Source: Octopus bimaculoides (Eukaryota). Taken from it: 64,000 bases of DNA. Shown piece by piece: positions 49,716-61,879 of this stretch; positions within the stretch are counted from its first letter, which is position 1, and every line of letters starts with the position of its first letter. The notes beneath the pieces were generated by a model. It saw only the letters and a program-made list of their open reading frames with translations, did not search any database and was not told the DNA's origin. Both the position numbers and the translations under genes were made by a program. The DNA is taken from positions 177,250,122 through 177,314,121 of the forward strand of contig NC_068981.1 of assembly GCF_001194135.2 (NCBI RefSeq), in the 5' to 3' direction.

Positions 49716-52700
49716 CATTATATTAATTATTTCCGAAAATACTGATTATTCCGAGCATATTTCAGTATTATTATGACATCTATTTAATTTGTCATTTCAA
49801 CTTTTAACTTACTTATCTCAGCCTGTCAAACAAATGACGTGGAATACAGCCCTGTGCTAATACTAACGATCGCTTGAGTCATCCGGATTCCTTATCTGTA
49901 TAATGGGAACAGGATATATTTAATTGAATCAGCGCATTGGTGTCAAGGAAATGAAAGTATTTATTTCATATTATTGAACCCGGACATTTAAAAAGCAAAG
50001 CAAATTTGAATCTGGATATGTAAATTAGATAAAACAACCAATCCAGTTTTCTGAACCAAGTCCGCCAATGTATATAATTAAACTAGTGTTTATTCTACTC
50101 ACCAGTAACACATACATATGTACAAAAAAAAATGGCTACGCGATATTTTTTGTAGTATATTTTGAGAAAAATGCCACCAGGAGAGAAATACTTTACATAC
50201 ATTTACATAAGATTTTACGTGTCTGAATCTAGTATGATTAAAGGCTTGTGCATGATTATTTGATTGCACCTGCTTTTTTATTGTCTGTTTGTTTTTTGTA
50301 AAAGAGGAAGATGGAGAGGCTTCCAAAGATGTTAATCTTCTGTCTGAACTTCTATAAATTGACGTCTGTGGGAAAACGTGCAGCTCTGAGGAAGAAGGAC
50401 TGAGAAAATTGTCTATTGTAGATAAATTCAAGGGAAATACATAAGAGTAACAAGGAGAGGGGTGAGGCTAGCACATTTGGTAAAAGTAGTACCAACTGGC
50501 TAACTAAAGAAGCAAAGGCTGTATCAGTAGCGTCCATGAATCTGTAGCCGCATGCTGATGAATGGGTCTTTGCCAATTAGCAGAATGATCTTTTTGTTAG
50601 TCTAAAATGTTTGCGCAAGTAGCAGTTGCATCATTTCAGGTAAGTAAAGAATACTTTAATGTGAGTCGCACTTGAGGTTTGTAGAAGGCCAGGAACTGAA
50701 ATAGCTTTTGATCCAAAAGGGGCAGCCTAGCATTATAGAAAATAATAAGAAATATATATAACCTACATCTAAAGAGACAGAGTATTAAAATTGAGGTAGG
50801 GACGAGATAAAGGTAACCCGAAAAGAGGAGGTAATAGGTATGGGCGTAGTGAGGGCAGCTGGAGGTATTCAGACCGAAGAGATTTTATAAGTTGCAATGT
50901 TATAGGTGCTACTATATATATATGATTTTATAGTTTCTAGGGGGTATATAATTAGGAGACTTACTTACATAAAAGCCATTACAAATATACATAATATGAT
51001 CAGTAGGGTTGAACATCATAGAAAGGGGGTTGAAAATAGTTTAATCACCAAAAATATGATGAAGTCAGACTCTAAATAGGCAGGAGTTATCATGGGATAG
51101 TAATTACATATAGCACACCACATTCCATAACTTATAGCTTATAACATATGCAATGCAATTTAATTCACCATATAACACAATATCCCATGATTTTATTATA
51201 TATAATACTAGAGGGTAAATTTACAATGGATACGACACCCAAATTAATTTCCACCATCAAAGTTCAAGTATGGCACCTGTTTACCTGTTTATATATATAT
51301 ATGAGTAAAAATAAATACAAAAAAAGGGTTTTGTATGATCGTGTATAGAGGAATATATTATTTTATTTAAAAGAGTTCCAACTCTGTCTGTTTTTTATGT
51401 TTTATTTATATTCTTGTAAAATTAATGTGGGATATAGAATATGGAATATATAATATATATATATATACATATATATATACATATATATATATATACATAT
51501 ATAGAACAAGTAGAAAGATAAATTTTATTCAACGCGTGGATAGTGAACAGTAGATATATATATATATATATATTATGTGGGCGATATTTTCAATCGAGAC
51601 GTTACAAGTGTATCTGATTCTTCAAGTGCCTCAACTCTGTGTATATACATACATTTACTTGATTGCTGACATTTAGCAATGGTTTCTTTCATTGTTTTGA
51701 CATACCATTTTCTACCGTTATTGAAACTGTGGGCATTTTTGAAAACACGGGTATGCTAGTAATGTAAATAAATAAGAATAGGGAGAATGCTTAAATGCTT
51801 CTTCATCAGTTATTTACTTTTTCTGTGAACCTGACAGTTTGAGGACTAGCACTGACATGGTGGACTGTAATTCTGTCGTTTTGCTGCTGCTACTGCGCTT
51901 GTTGTCGCTGTCTTTGTTTTTATTGTCTAAATCAAGTGAACCCTGATTAAGCATACCTATGATAAAAGACATTCCGGCTGTGTCCATCCACCTTTTTTTT
52001 TTTTTTTTAAGGATGATACTCGAACAAGATTATCCACTGATTCCGTGGCGTACATAGGTCAGTTAGATTAAGGTTGATTTGAGGATTAAACAGTTATTAA
52101 ACAGCGTGTGGAGAGAGAGAGGAAATTGAAATTAATGATGGGAAAAACCTTGAAAGTATTTAATCCAGTTAGCACAGGTGATTCCACTTGATTGCAAACA
52201 GGATAATTGCATAACTTTCCAAAACAATAAATCGATTTCGCATGTAATTAATGCATTCAGTTTCAGTAAATTATATCAATTATGTTTGTATTACATTTGT
52301 ATACATACACATGTATGGATGGATGGATGAGAGAGAGAGATAAAATGAATATAGAGAGAAAATTGAAGAAGTTTATCTTGTATGTAAAGAAATTGTCGGA
52401 AATGTATCAATATTTGCGGCGCATGATGACTTATACGTAAATTACTTTAATTTCAGTTAATGGCACCGTAAAAAAATTTTCCGCCGATCTTTTGTTTAAA
52501 AAAAAAACGATCGTTACGGGAATGTAGTATAAAACTGACGATATGCTAGGAATACAATAGTCCTGGAAGATTTCATATTCATAACGAATTAAAACTACAG
52601 TAGTTAGTTGTTCCTATTAATAAAAAGAAATTTGAAGAGTCAAATGTATTTAAGTCATTCTTACTATTTTAATGAATTAAAGATTATCACAATTCAGATT

Positions 52701-52988
52701 CTGTAGTATGTTTATTGTATTTAAAATACATTAAAGATAAAATTCTTCAATAAATGAATCTTCGTTGTTAATAAAAAAATTTGTAAAAAGATATTTTGAA
52801 TGATGTGATGAATTAGACACTATTTTGTTGTTTTCATTATCAACCACATTAAACTCGTACTTAACCCGGTCAATTCTTTCGTTAATCCGGATGACCTTAG
52901 TTGTTATAGGAAAGTATGAGCCTGGCTAAGCTTGGTAACTGAATAATATCAAAGGATATAATAAAACCTCATTGAGAGGGTGCCCAAA

Positions 52989-54279
52989 ACGAGAGGGTAC
53001 TCAAAAGAAACAGGAATTTTGCAATATTATTTTATTCACTTGCTTTTATGTTTGCATTTTTATCGCATTCAAAATATTCTTCATTTGAAGCAATGCATCG
53101 GTCCAGACGCGTTTTCCACAGTTAGAAGCAGTCCTGGAACTCTTGCAAAGTGATGCCTTTTAAAGCTTCCGTCGTATTTTTTTCTTCACCTCTTCCACAT
53201 CCGCAAAACGTTCTCCTTTAAGGACTTTTTTTCATTCGGAGGAACAAAAAAAAAGTAGCAAGGAGCAAGATTTGGTGAATAAAGAGGGTGGGTAAGTGGC
53301 GTCATGCCATTTTGGTCAGAAACAGTCTCACACTCAAGGCGGTGTGCACAGGCGCATTGTCGTGATGAAGTCACCACTCTCTACTTTGCAATAGGTCAGG
53401 CGTTTTCGTCTCACCGCGTCTTGCATACGCTTCAGAACTGCCAAGTAAAATATCTGGTTAACAGTTTGACCAGGAGGAACAAATTCTGTGGAAAATTCTT
53501 TTCGCATCGATGAAACAAATCAGCGTCGTCTTGGCATTGGACTTCACTTGATGCGCTTTTTTGGAGCTTGGTAACATTGAATGCTTCCATTGACTTGATT
53601 ACTGCTTCGTTTCCGGGTCGTAGCCGTAGCACCAGCTTTCGTAACCAGTGATGACCTTCGAAAAAAGGTCCAGATCAACATGCAACTGTTCTTTCAGTTC
53701 ACAGCACGCATTCAGTAGTGTCTGCTTTTGATCTTCCGTGAGCAAGTGAAGCACAAATTTTGCTGCAACCCTTTTCATTCGCAATTCCTCGATCAAAATT
53801 CGTTGGCCACATCAACAAGTTCGTCAATTGTTCGGCGACGGTCCTCCAAAATCAGTCCAAGAATTTTCGGGAATTTTTCAGTCGTTTGGGAGGTCGACGG
53901 TCGCCTTGGACGAGGTTGGTCTTCAAGCGACAAGTGATCATTCCTAAAGCGTGAAAACTATTCGTAAACTTGTGTTTTGCTCAAGGCAGCGCCCTTGTAA
54001 GCTGTTTGAAGTCTGACAACTATTTCGGCCGCCGTTTTCTCCAGCAGAAAACAGAATTTCACGGAAACACGCTGTTCAACCATCGCAAAGATCGACGAAC
54101 AGAGGAGAAGCACTGAAAAGCAATGACGCACCACGTGGCAGTTCGACTACACTTGACGCCGCCGGTAGGCAGAGTGATGCCTGAGGGTCACATCAAGTGG
54201 CTTCTAGCGGCGAAAGTTTGAACTACAACTGGCTTACCTCACAGAGAACGTTTCCGGTTACTTTTGGGTACCCCTCATA
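52989..54279 (-). mobile_element. Near full-length mariner (irritans-like), inactive
   Basis: TIRs ~GAGGGGTACCCAAAAGTAACCGGAA at both ends, ~1.29 kb. Broken transposase: MVEQRVSVKFCF, MKRVAAKFV, VITGYESWCYGYDPETKQ, HPLYSPNLAPCYFF. Confidence 0.92.
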
Positions 54280-55616
54280 CTTGCGACACTAGTAATATGT
54301 TAATCACTGTTTTTCTATATCAGTAGAGGCTAAATTTGTATTTGCATACGGATATTAGTGGATGCTAGCTACTGATGACGCACAAAGACATTGAAATCTA
54401 CATTTAACAACGCCACTGCCGCTGCTGCACGCTTTTCGTCAACATCTGATATTCTGTGCTTATTAGCACAATATATCTAGACAGGATGCTTTCTCAAGGC
54501 GAATACTGTAGTTGTGTGACATTCTACAGTATATCCACGTTAAGATATATATATAAGTAATATTTTATATTTAATTTAATATATATAAATGTTAATCTTT
54601 GGATTGGTTTTTCTAAGGAATTTTAAGAATAACAACAAAACATTTACTGATGGATGTGGAGCACTCAATACTAAAAGGTTAAGTTTATTATAAACTTAAT
54701 TTTGACTGGAGCTTCAAGTTTAGTCAAATTGTTTGATTCACTAACAGTGGAAACTTTTTTTTTTCTTATTGCTTATAAAGAGAAAACTGGGTAATTCCGT
54801 TTTAAGATTCAAGCGTTAAGGCTGTACTTTACAATTGTAGAGAGAAATCCATAAAACAGAAAAATTCCGAGAAAATAAAGTTAAAGATTACTGAAGGGAG
54901 TTTGAATATACAATGAAATTGAAGTCGGGGAAAGTCCGTGTGGTCATTTCAGTCTCGAAATTATTAGAGTTTTATTTCTATTGAATTTATAGAGATCAAA
55001 AAGGCAGTGCGGTATATTAAGGAATGTGAAAATCATTATTTTGTGTGTAGTCTAGAGACATGTCTGTGTGTGTAGCGTTATGGTGTTTATATATATATAT
55101 GTATGCGCGAGAAGGATGTTCGAATATATGCATCAAGCTATTTATGTGAATGGCTTTTTTTTTTTTTTTTTTTNNNNNNNNNNNNNNNNNNNNNNNNNNN
55201 NNNNNNNNNNNNNNNNNNNNNNNNNNNNNNNNNNNNNNNNNNNNNNNNNNNNNNNNNNNNNNNNNNNNNNNNNNNNNNNNNNNNNTTTTTTTTGAGAGGT
55301 TGACATTTTTGGAGAGATTAACATGGTTATTTAAATGAACAGTCAAATAAAGATTCAAATTTTAATTTTTGTTATACATATATTGAATGATGTATGCACT
55401 TCAATGGAATATATACTAAGATGTCGAAAACATGCAACTCAGAGTAACGGTTATTGAACTTTTCAGCTTGCAGCAAATAGGATTAAACAGTTTAATACGT
55501 TTTGCGTACTCATTTTTCTCCTTGCTCGCATATTTCTTTGTATCATAGCATAAACACACACATACATACACGACATATTATGATAATTCATTCATCATCA
55601 TCATCATCATCATTAT

Positions 55617-55830
55617 TAAGGCGGCGAACTGGCAGAATCGTTAGCACGCCGAGCAAAATGCTTAGCGACATTTCGTCGGTCTTTACTATCTGAGTTCAAA
55701 TTCTGCCGAGGTCGACTTTGCCTTTCATCTTTTTCGAGATCGATAAAGTAAATACCAGTTAAACACGGGCCGATGTAATTGACTAGTTCCTCCCTCAAAA
55801 TTTCAAGCCTTATGCCTATAATAGAAAGCC
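55617..55830 (+). mobile_element. SINE family A, short-tail variant
   Basis: Family A head after a (CAT)n run. Confidence 0.88.
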
Positions 55831-57481
55831 TTATTTTTACATCTTTGGTTCTTGCTACTTCATGTATGTGTTTCCAGACAGAAGCCATCCCTATTCATTC
55901 TTATATTAGAGTATGTTTTGCTTTTAGATTCAAGAACATGTTATCTGAATAACAATATTCTATTGTAAATTGTAATCGTTTCTTGTTATCTTAACGCATT
56001 AAATCAAAGAGACACTACTACATCCTTGACTACTGACAACTGAAAGAACTGAGAAAAGAAAAATAAATGATGAATTGTTCGCAAGAATATTTGTATCTCA
56101 ACTGAGAAAGAATTTGTCCGGAATATTTTCATTTGTAATTGTCTGTTTCGGAGAGAGATGTACGTGCGCACGTGCGCGTGTGTAAAACTAATAAATCAAT
56201 GAGCATTTTAAGACTCAGACTCTAGAAAAATATCAGCTTGTAAACTGACTCAAAGACTTCATTTTCTAAATTTAGTCTGTCTATAATTGTATGCCTTGAT
56301 AACAGAGCTAACTATGGGATAGTGGGAATGATAATAAATTGCCCAAGAATGTATAAATTGCGGCACTGCTTGAAGTAGTCACTTCGCTTCTATCATTTTT
56401 TTCCTTTCGATTAGCAGCTATGTAAAACAAAAGTGAATCAATGTAGAAACTTCTACGTGATCGTTCGATTCGCTAGAAATAGCAGCGTAATCTCTCCTTA
56501 ATTACATCCTGCCATCAAAAAGGAAGGTTGGGGAGAACGTATCGGATAAAGTAATCCGAGATAAAACTATATCCGAAAAGACGAAATGATTACGACTGGA
56601 ATGTCGTTAATTACAAGCCTGTTCCGTCAGAGTTAAACAACTAATTAGCCACGACTACACACTGACTAATGAAAATTAGTCCATAAATAATATATTTTAT
56701 CAACACTATGTTAGTAAGTAATATACAGGTACAGAAACATAGTTGAGTGAACCGATTCCAATATACAAGTGGGTGATTATTTTAACAACCTGAAGGAAAA
56801 GAAAGGCAAAACCGATCTCAACAAAATTTGAAATAGAAACCAAAAGTAGTGGAAACTAAATACCGTGAGGCATTTTCGCCAAAAAAGTCACACTGGAAAT
56901 GTTTAAGTCCCTTTCTTTTGCAGTACAATATATTACGAACATCCAGAGAGTAAACTAAGCTACGTAACATCATTCTAGATTAGTCTTTTTTTGTTTCTGT
57001 TTAAAGATTTTTTTAACTTCTCATTCTTTGCCTTTGCAAAAAATGTGAACGGCAGATGAAATTGCTTCAATCGTGCAATCCCGACTTTAGTTTCTATTTG
57101 ATATGCATTTTTGTGAACAATAACACCATAGGATATAGGTTTTCAAAGGGTCGGTCACTAGTTCATTAGTGTCCAATGACGAAAGTGGCAAGAGAGTGTC
57201 GGTGTAAATTCAAAACGGATAAATACTTTCGTACTTTTGTTCGACTCTGATTTATCGGTCTTCTCTCACCGATAAGCACACATACATGACGAACAATGTA
57301 AGTGTAAAAAAACATAAATCATTTTCCTTCCTCGATATTTCGAACATAAAAGATTCCAATGATATAAACAAATAGGAAACCATAGTGAAATAAAATTCGA
57401 GTTTAATCGAAAAGGTTGGACTGCATGCTTTACAACAGTATTTAAAAGAATTTAGACTCATTGACCGAGGGACAGCCTTAA

Positions 57482-60400
57482 TATCAGGTTGAGTAAAAAG
57501 TGAGCAACGTTTTGAACCATGAAGAATTTGTACCGGAATTTTACAGAGTTTTGAATTCTTTTAAAACATTTTTTGCAATTGTCTGGTAATACAGACATAG
57601 ACTTGCCCAAATACATCAATAAATTAACATTGATCTTTTTTTTTTTTCACCGTTGGTACAATCATCTGGACCGATTTCGTGAATGTTGTTTGTGCGTTGT
57701 TGGAAAGGTTTACAGTAAGTTTTGTGGATAATTTTTGAGATATGGGTTTACGTTGAATATCTGCTGTCACGGCTGGGAAGAGTACAACTATCTTCCGAGT
57801 CGATTGTAAAGATTGTTCCTCCTGTCTCTCTTAACAAAGAAGGCAAGGCTTGTTTTTTTTTTATGTGGTTGCTATAGCGAAAGAAGCGGTATGGAAGACC
57901 CGCGTGAAAGGATTCGTGACAGGCACAGAAGGAGAGGACTAATGTGAGATTAACCTCCCCCCACCTCCAGATGAGGTTAGAGAGAGCACCAAGCGGAAAA
58001 CCGTATGGTACCGGACCTTTTCACTGGCAACGAAAAAAATAGAGATGGCATCTAAGGATGCCGTCGAAAAATGTCTAAGCCAAATTTGGAATGAGGTGAA
58101 ACTTTTTTAAAAAAGCGAAACGTTTTGGTACGGTGGAGGTGAAGTTTACTCCAGAAGAAGAAACTTTAAAGCATCTACTCCACCCCTAAAGTCGGCAGAA
58201 TTGGTGTTACTGCCGACTTATCTCGGAAGAAGGACATCCAGAAATAAAATTGACGAAATTGACGAAATGTGGTTGATAGCAGCAATAATGTTGAACTTAA
58301 AAGAAGGAAAAATATTGAAAGCAACCAAGACACAACAAAATTGGAGGGGGGTATGACCTGGATGTAACAATCCAGGCCACCCCAAGTGACCTAGAAGAGA
58401 TCTCAGATCAAATTATCCAACCAGATGACACCAAACTAAGAATAAGAGTAGAGGGAAGAAGCCCAAGGTGTTATGAATGTGGGGAAAAGGGTCACTAAAA
58501 GGCCAAGTGCCCTCAGGTTTCGCAACATGAGGCACACCCTGCTCCTAGTACACCACTACAACTAGAAGAACCAATAAGCGTCAGTACTGAAAAACCCGCC
58601 AACCTAACAGACAAACCACAGGAGAAGAAACCGACCAACAGCGTTACCAACCCAATACATCTCAATAGAAAAGCAAAAAGTAACCGAGACCACAATAATT
58701 CAACCCGAAAACAGCCCCAAGGAAGAAACCCATCCGGTGACAAAATCAACTGAGATCAGCAACGAGGAAGAACCAGCTACCCCCACCCCCCAAAAAGGAG
58801 GATATAAAAGATACTCCCGCTGAAGTAATATCTCACAACATCATACGCAAAGAACAAACATCTTACACGTTCATCTCCTATAACCCATTTACAGAGGACA
58901 TCTCTCCACCATTAACACCTTACAACACAGACACCGATCCAGCACTTTCTCATTCACTTGCAGACACTCAAAAGCCGCAAACCCCACAGCCCTCTCCCCG
59001 CAAAACAGCATTGATAGTGACATATAAGGGAAAAAATGCAGCACTGCATAGAAAAATTAAAAAGCTGAAATCAACGATAAAGGTGAGATTACCAGTGGGG
59101 GATTTCCCCCTTTATAGGAGGTGTATACTAATGGATAAAGAAAATTACCTAAAATTGCGGGGGAAATGTTGGGCGGATGTGAAACCGTTTGGGCTGGAGG
59201 TGGTGATTAGTTCACTACCGCCCCCTGGATGAACAAGTGATTTTTAGATAGTAAAGATTAAAAAAAAATTCTATAATGTTATTGTGATTTTTTTTTTCTA
59301 AAAGAGAAACAGAAAATATATGTGATACATTGACTGGAAAAAAAACTCAATGACGTCGCTCGGTGTGGGGTTCGAGTGGCGTCATTCTCCACCTCTCCAT
59401 TAATTTTCTCTCATCTTTTTTCATTCGCTATTTTTCCCCCACTTTTGTGGGGGTTTTTTTCTTTCTACTGTCCTGTTTGTTTTGTACTGTGCTACATGTA
59501 TTTGTCCCTCTGTATTTAGCCCCATATGGGTAATAAAGAAATCGATGTTACAATCATATGAAATGGAACTGTCAAAGCGCGATATTCGAGCAATTTTATT
59601 ATTCAACTTCGAAAAAGGACGTAAAGCAGCTGAAACTGCTCGCGATATCAACGAAACTTTTGGTCAGGAAATGACCAGTGAGTGGTCAGCTCGAAAATGT
59701 TTTAAACGATTTCGCAGTAGAGACCAGAACCTTATAGATCGTGAGCGTAGTGGACGCCCATCTGTCATCGATGACGATCGATTAAAAACAGTCATTGAGA
59801 AAGATCCACGTAAAACCATACGAGAAATGGCAAAACAACTTCAAGTTAGCCAGAAAACTACCTGCAGCTATTTGTATGCGATCGGAAAATCAAAAAAGCT
59901 CGACAAATGGGTGCCACACGATTTGAATGAAAATCAGAAAATCGGCAGACATGAAATTTGATCGTTGCTTCTTCTCCGTAACCAGACCGATCCATCTTTC
60001 GACTGTATTGTAACTTGCGATGAAAAGTAGATTCTGTACAATAATTAAAAAATTNNNNNNNNNNNNNNNNNNNNNNNNNNNNNNNNNNNNNNNNNNNNNN
60101 NNNNNNNNNNNNNNNNNNNNNNNNNNNNNNNNNNNNNNNNNNNNNNNNNNNNNNNNCAAAATGAAGCATCGAAAACCTTCCCTAAACCCGGGCTCTTCAA
60201 AAACAAGGTTATGGTGACTGTTTTGGTGGTGTACGGCTGGACTCATCCCTATAACTTCTTAAAACCCGGAAAAACCATTACTGCAGAAACATATTGCCAT
60301 GAAATTGCCAAAATGAACGAAAAACTGCTACTCCTCCGTCCCAGACTGGTCATCAGAAGAGGGTAAATCATTCTTCATGACAAGCTCGACCACACGTTTC

Positions 60401-60751
60401 ACTAATGACGCTCCAGAAGTTGAAGGAACTTGGCTACGAAGTTCTTCCCCACCCAGCTTATTCCCCAGACCTTTCTCCTGCCGACTGCCACTTTTTCAAG
60501 CACTTTGATGGTTTCCTGTGAGAGAAGGAGTTCAAAAATCAAACCGATGCTGAAATTGCGTTCAAAGGAGTTCATCAGTTCCAGAACTCCAGATTTTCAT
60601 GTTACCGGAATTAACAAACTTGTAACTCGTTGGCAAAGATGTGTTGATTGTAATGGCACTTACTTTGATGAATAAAATTTCCGCATTGTTGAAATATATT
60701 GCAATGAATTTCATGTTTCAAAACGTTGCCTATTTTTTACTCAGCCTGATA
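57482..60751 (+). mobile_element. Full-length mariner (cecropia/Hsmar1-like) split by a 1.9-kb retroelement
   Basis: TA at 57482-57483 and 60750-60751. 33-bp TIRs TCAGG(T/C)TGAGTAAAAA..GCAACGTTTTGAA with 4 mismatches. Transposase from ATG 59563 with WVPHDL and PHPAYSPDLSP motifs, disrupted by stops, frameshifts and a gap. Confidence 0.92.
57666..59548 (+). mobile_element. Non-autonomous non-LTR retroelement encoding only a decayed ORF1 (gag zinc knuckle), L1/Tx1-like
   Basis: TSD TACAATCAT at 57657-57665 and 59549-59557. ORF1 relic 58045-59232 with CYECGEKGH*KAKC (CX2CX4HX4C). No EN or RT coding. 3' end AATAAAGAAAT. Confidence 0.75.
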
Positions 60752-61406
60752 TCTTCACTTGTCGAACGTACTAGTGAGATAAACAAGTTTACCACATTTC
60801 ATAGTAACATTTAGTAGGTGAAACCTGCAAATCTTTTTTTTTAAGGTTAATTCTCATTCACCTTGTTGTTAATAATGTCCGGTACTGTATAAGTATTAAG
60901 TAAGCATTCTAGGAAAGGCGTCTAATTTTCGATATTTTGAAAAAATATGCTTGAAGCATTGAAACTGAAATACAAATTGGCAATGTTTAAAAACAATGCG
61001 GTACGAGTAATGGCACGTGATGGCTGAACTGCTATCAGTGCTGATTCGGGACAAATGAGGCCCTGTGCTAGTTAAGTTATGAGGCTCCTTACTTGGACAG
61101 GACCCCGTTATGAGGCCCTTACGTGGACAGGGCCCTATACTTAAGCACACCTAAGCACAATGGTAAATCCAGCACTGACTGTCAAGCAATATTTAGTTTC
61201 GATCCATTACGTCCTTATTCAAATCTTGCAAGAGTAGATAAAATAAGTAAGCAGCCGTAGACTGGCTTGATTCACTCAGACAATACTCTTCACCCTTAAA
61301 ATTCCATCAATAATAACCATCTTTTCTAATGCTTACCATTTTATTTCATCTTCAGTGTGAACCTATAACATGATTTCTATACAACAAATACGCCCTTTTA
61401 AAGCCT

Positions 61407-61634
61407 AGCCAGGCTCATGGGTCCGGTTTCCCGGTTTCAATGGCGTATGTGTTCCTCAGCTGACGGGACGCCAGTCCATCGCAGCATTACTCATTTTTGC
61501 CAGCTGAGTGGACTGGAGCAACGTGAAATGAAGCGTTTTGCTCAAGAACACAACGCATCGCCTGGTTCAGGAATCGAAACCACAATCTTACGATCACGAT
61601 GCTGACACCCTAACCACTAAGCCACGCGCCTCCA
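61407..61634 (-). mobile_element. SINE family B variant
   Basis: Reverse-complement head GGAGGCGCGTGGCTTAGTGGTTAGGG and shared core. Confidence 0.88.
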
Positions 61635-61879
61635 CATTTCTATACAACCCTGTTTGAAAAACAATTACCATTTTTAAATGTCTTCTATCTATTTTACAGT
61701 ACAAGGAAATCAGGAATACAAAGGAAACTTGATTCAACATGAAGTTTTTTTGACCTCATATGAAAGAACGTTATTCGCAGAATAGCTGGTTAGCTGGGTA
61801 ACAGTCTAATTTTCTCCCTTATATGTTTTGCACCCTTTTGTGCTTGTGAGCGAAAGCGCTTAACCGTTTTATTTTCACG

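Noticed and set aside
50690-51350. AT-rich segment resembling a mitochondrial insertion (NUMT)
   Set aside because: No readable mitochondrial protein, rRNA or tRNA motif in any frame I checked
56067-56105. C/D box snoRNA (ATGATGA...CTGA)
   Set aside because: Too short (~40 nt) and no terminal stem
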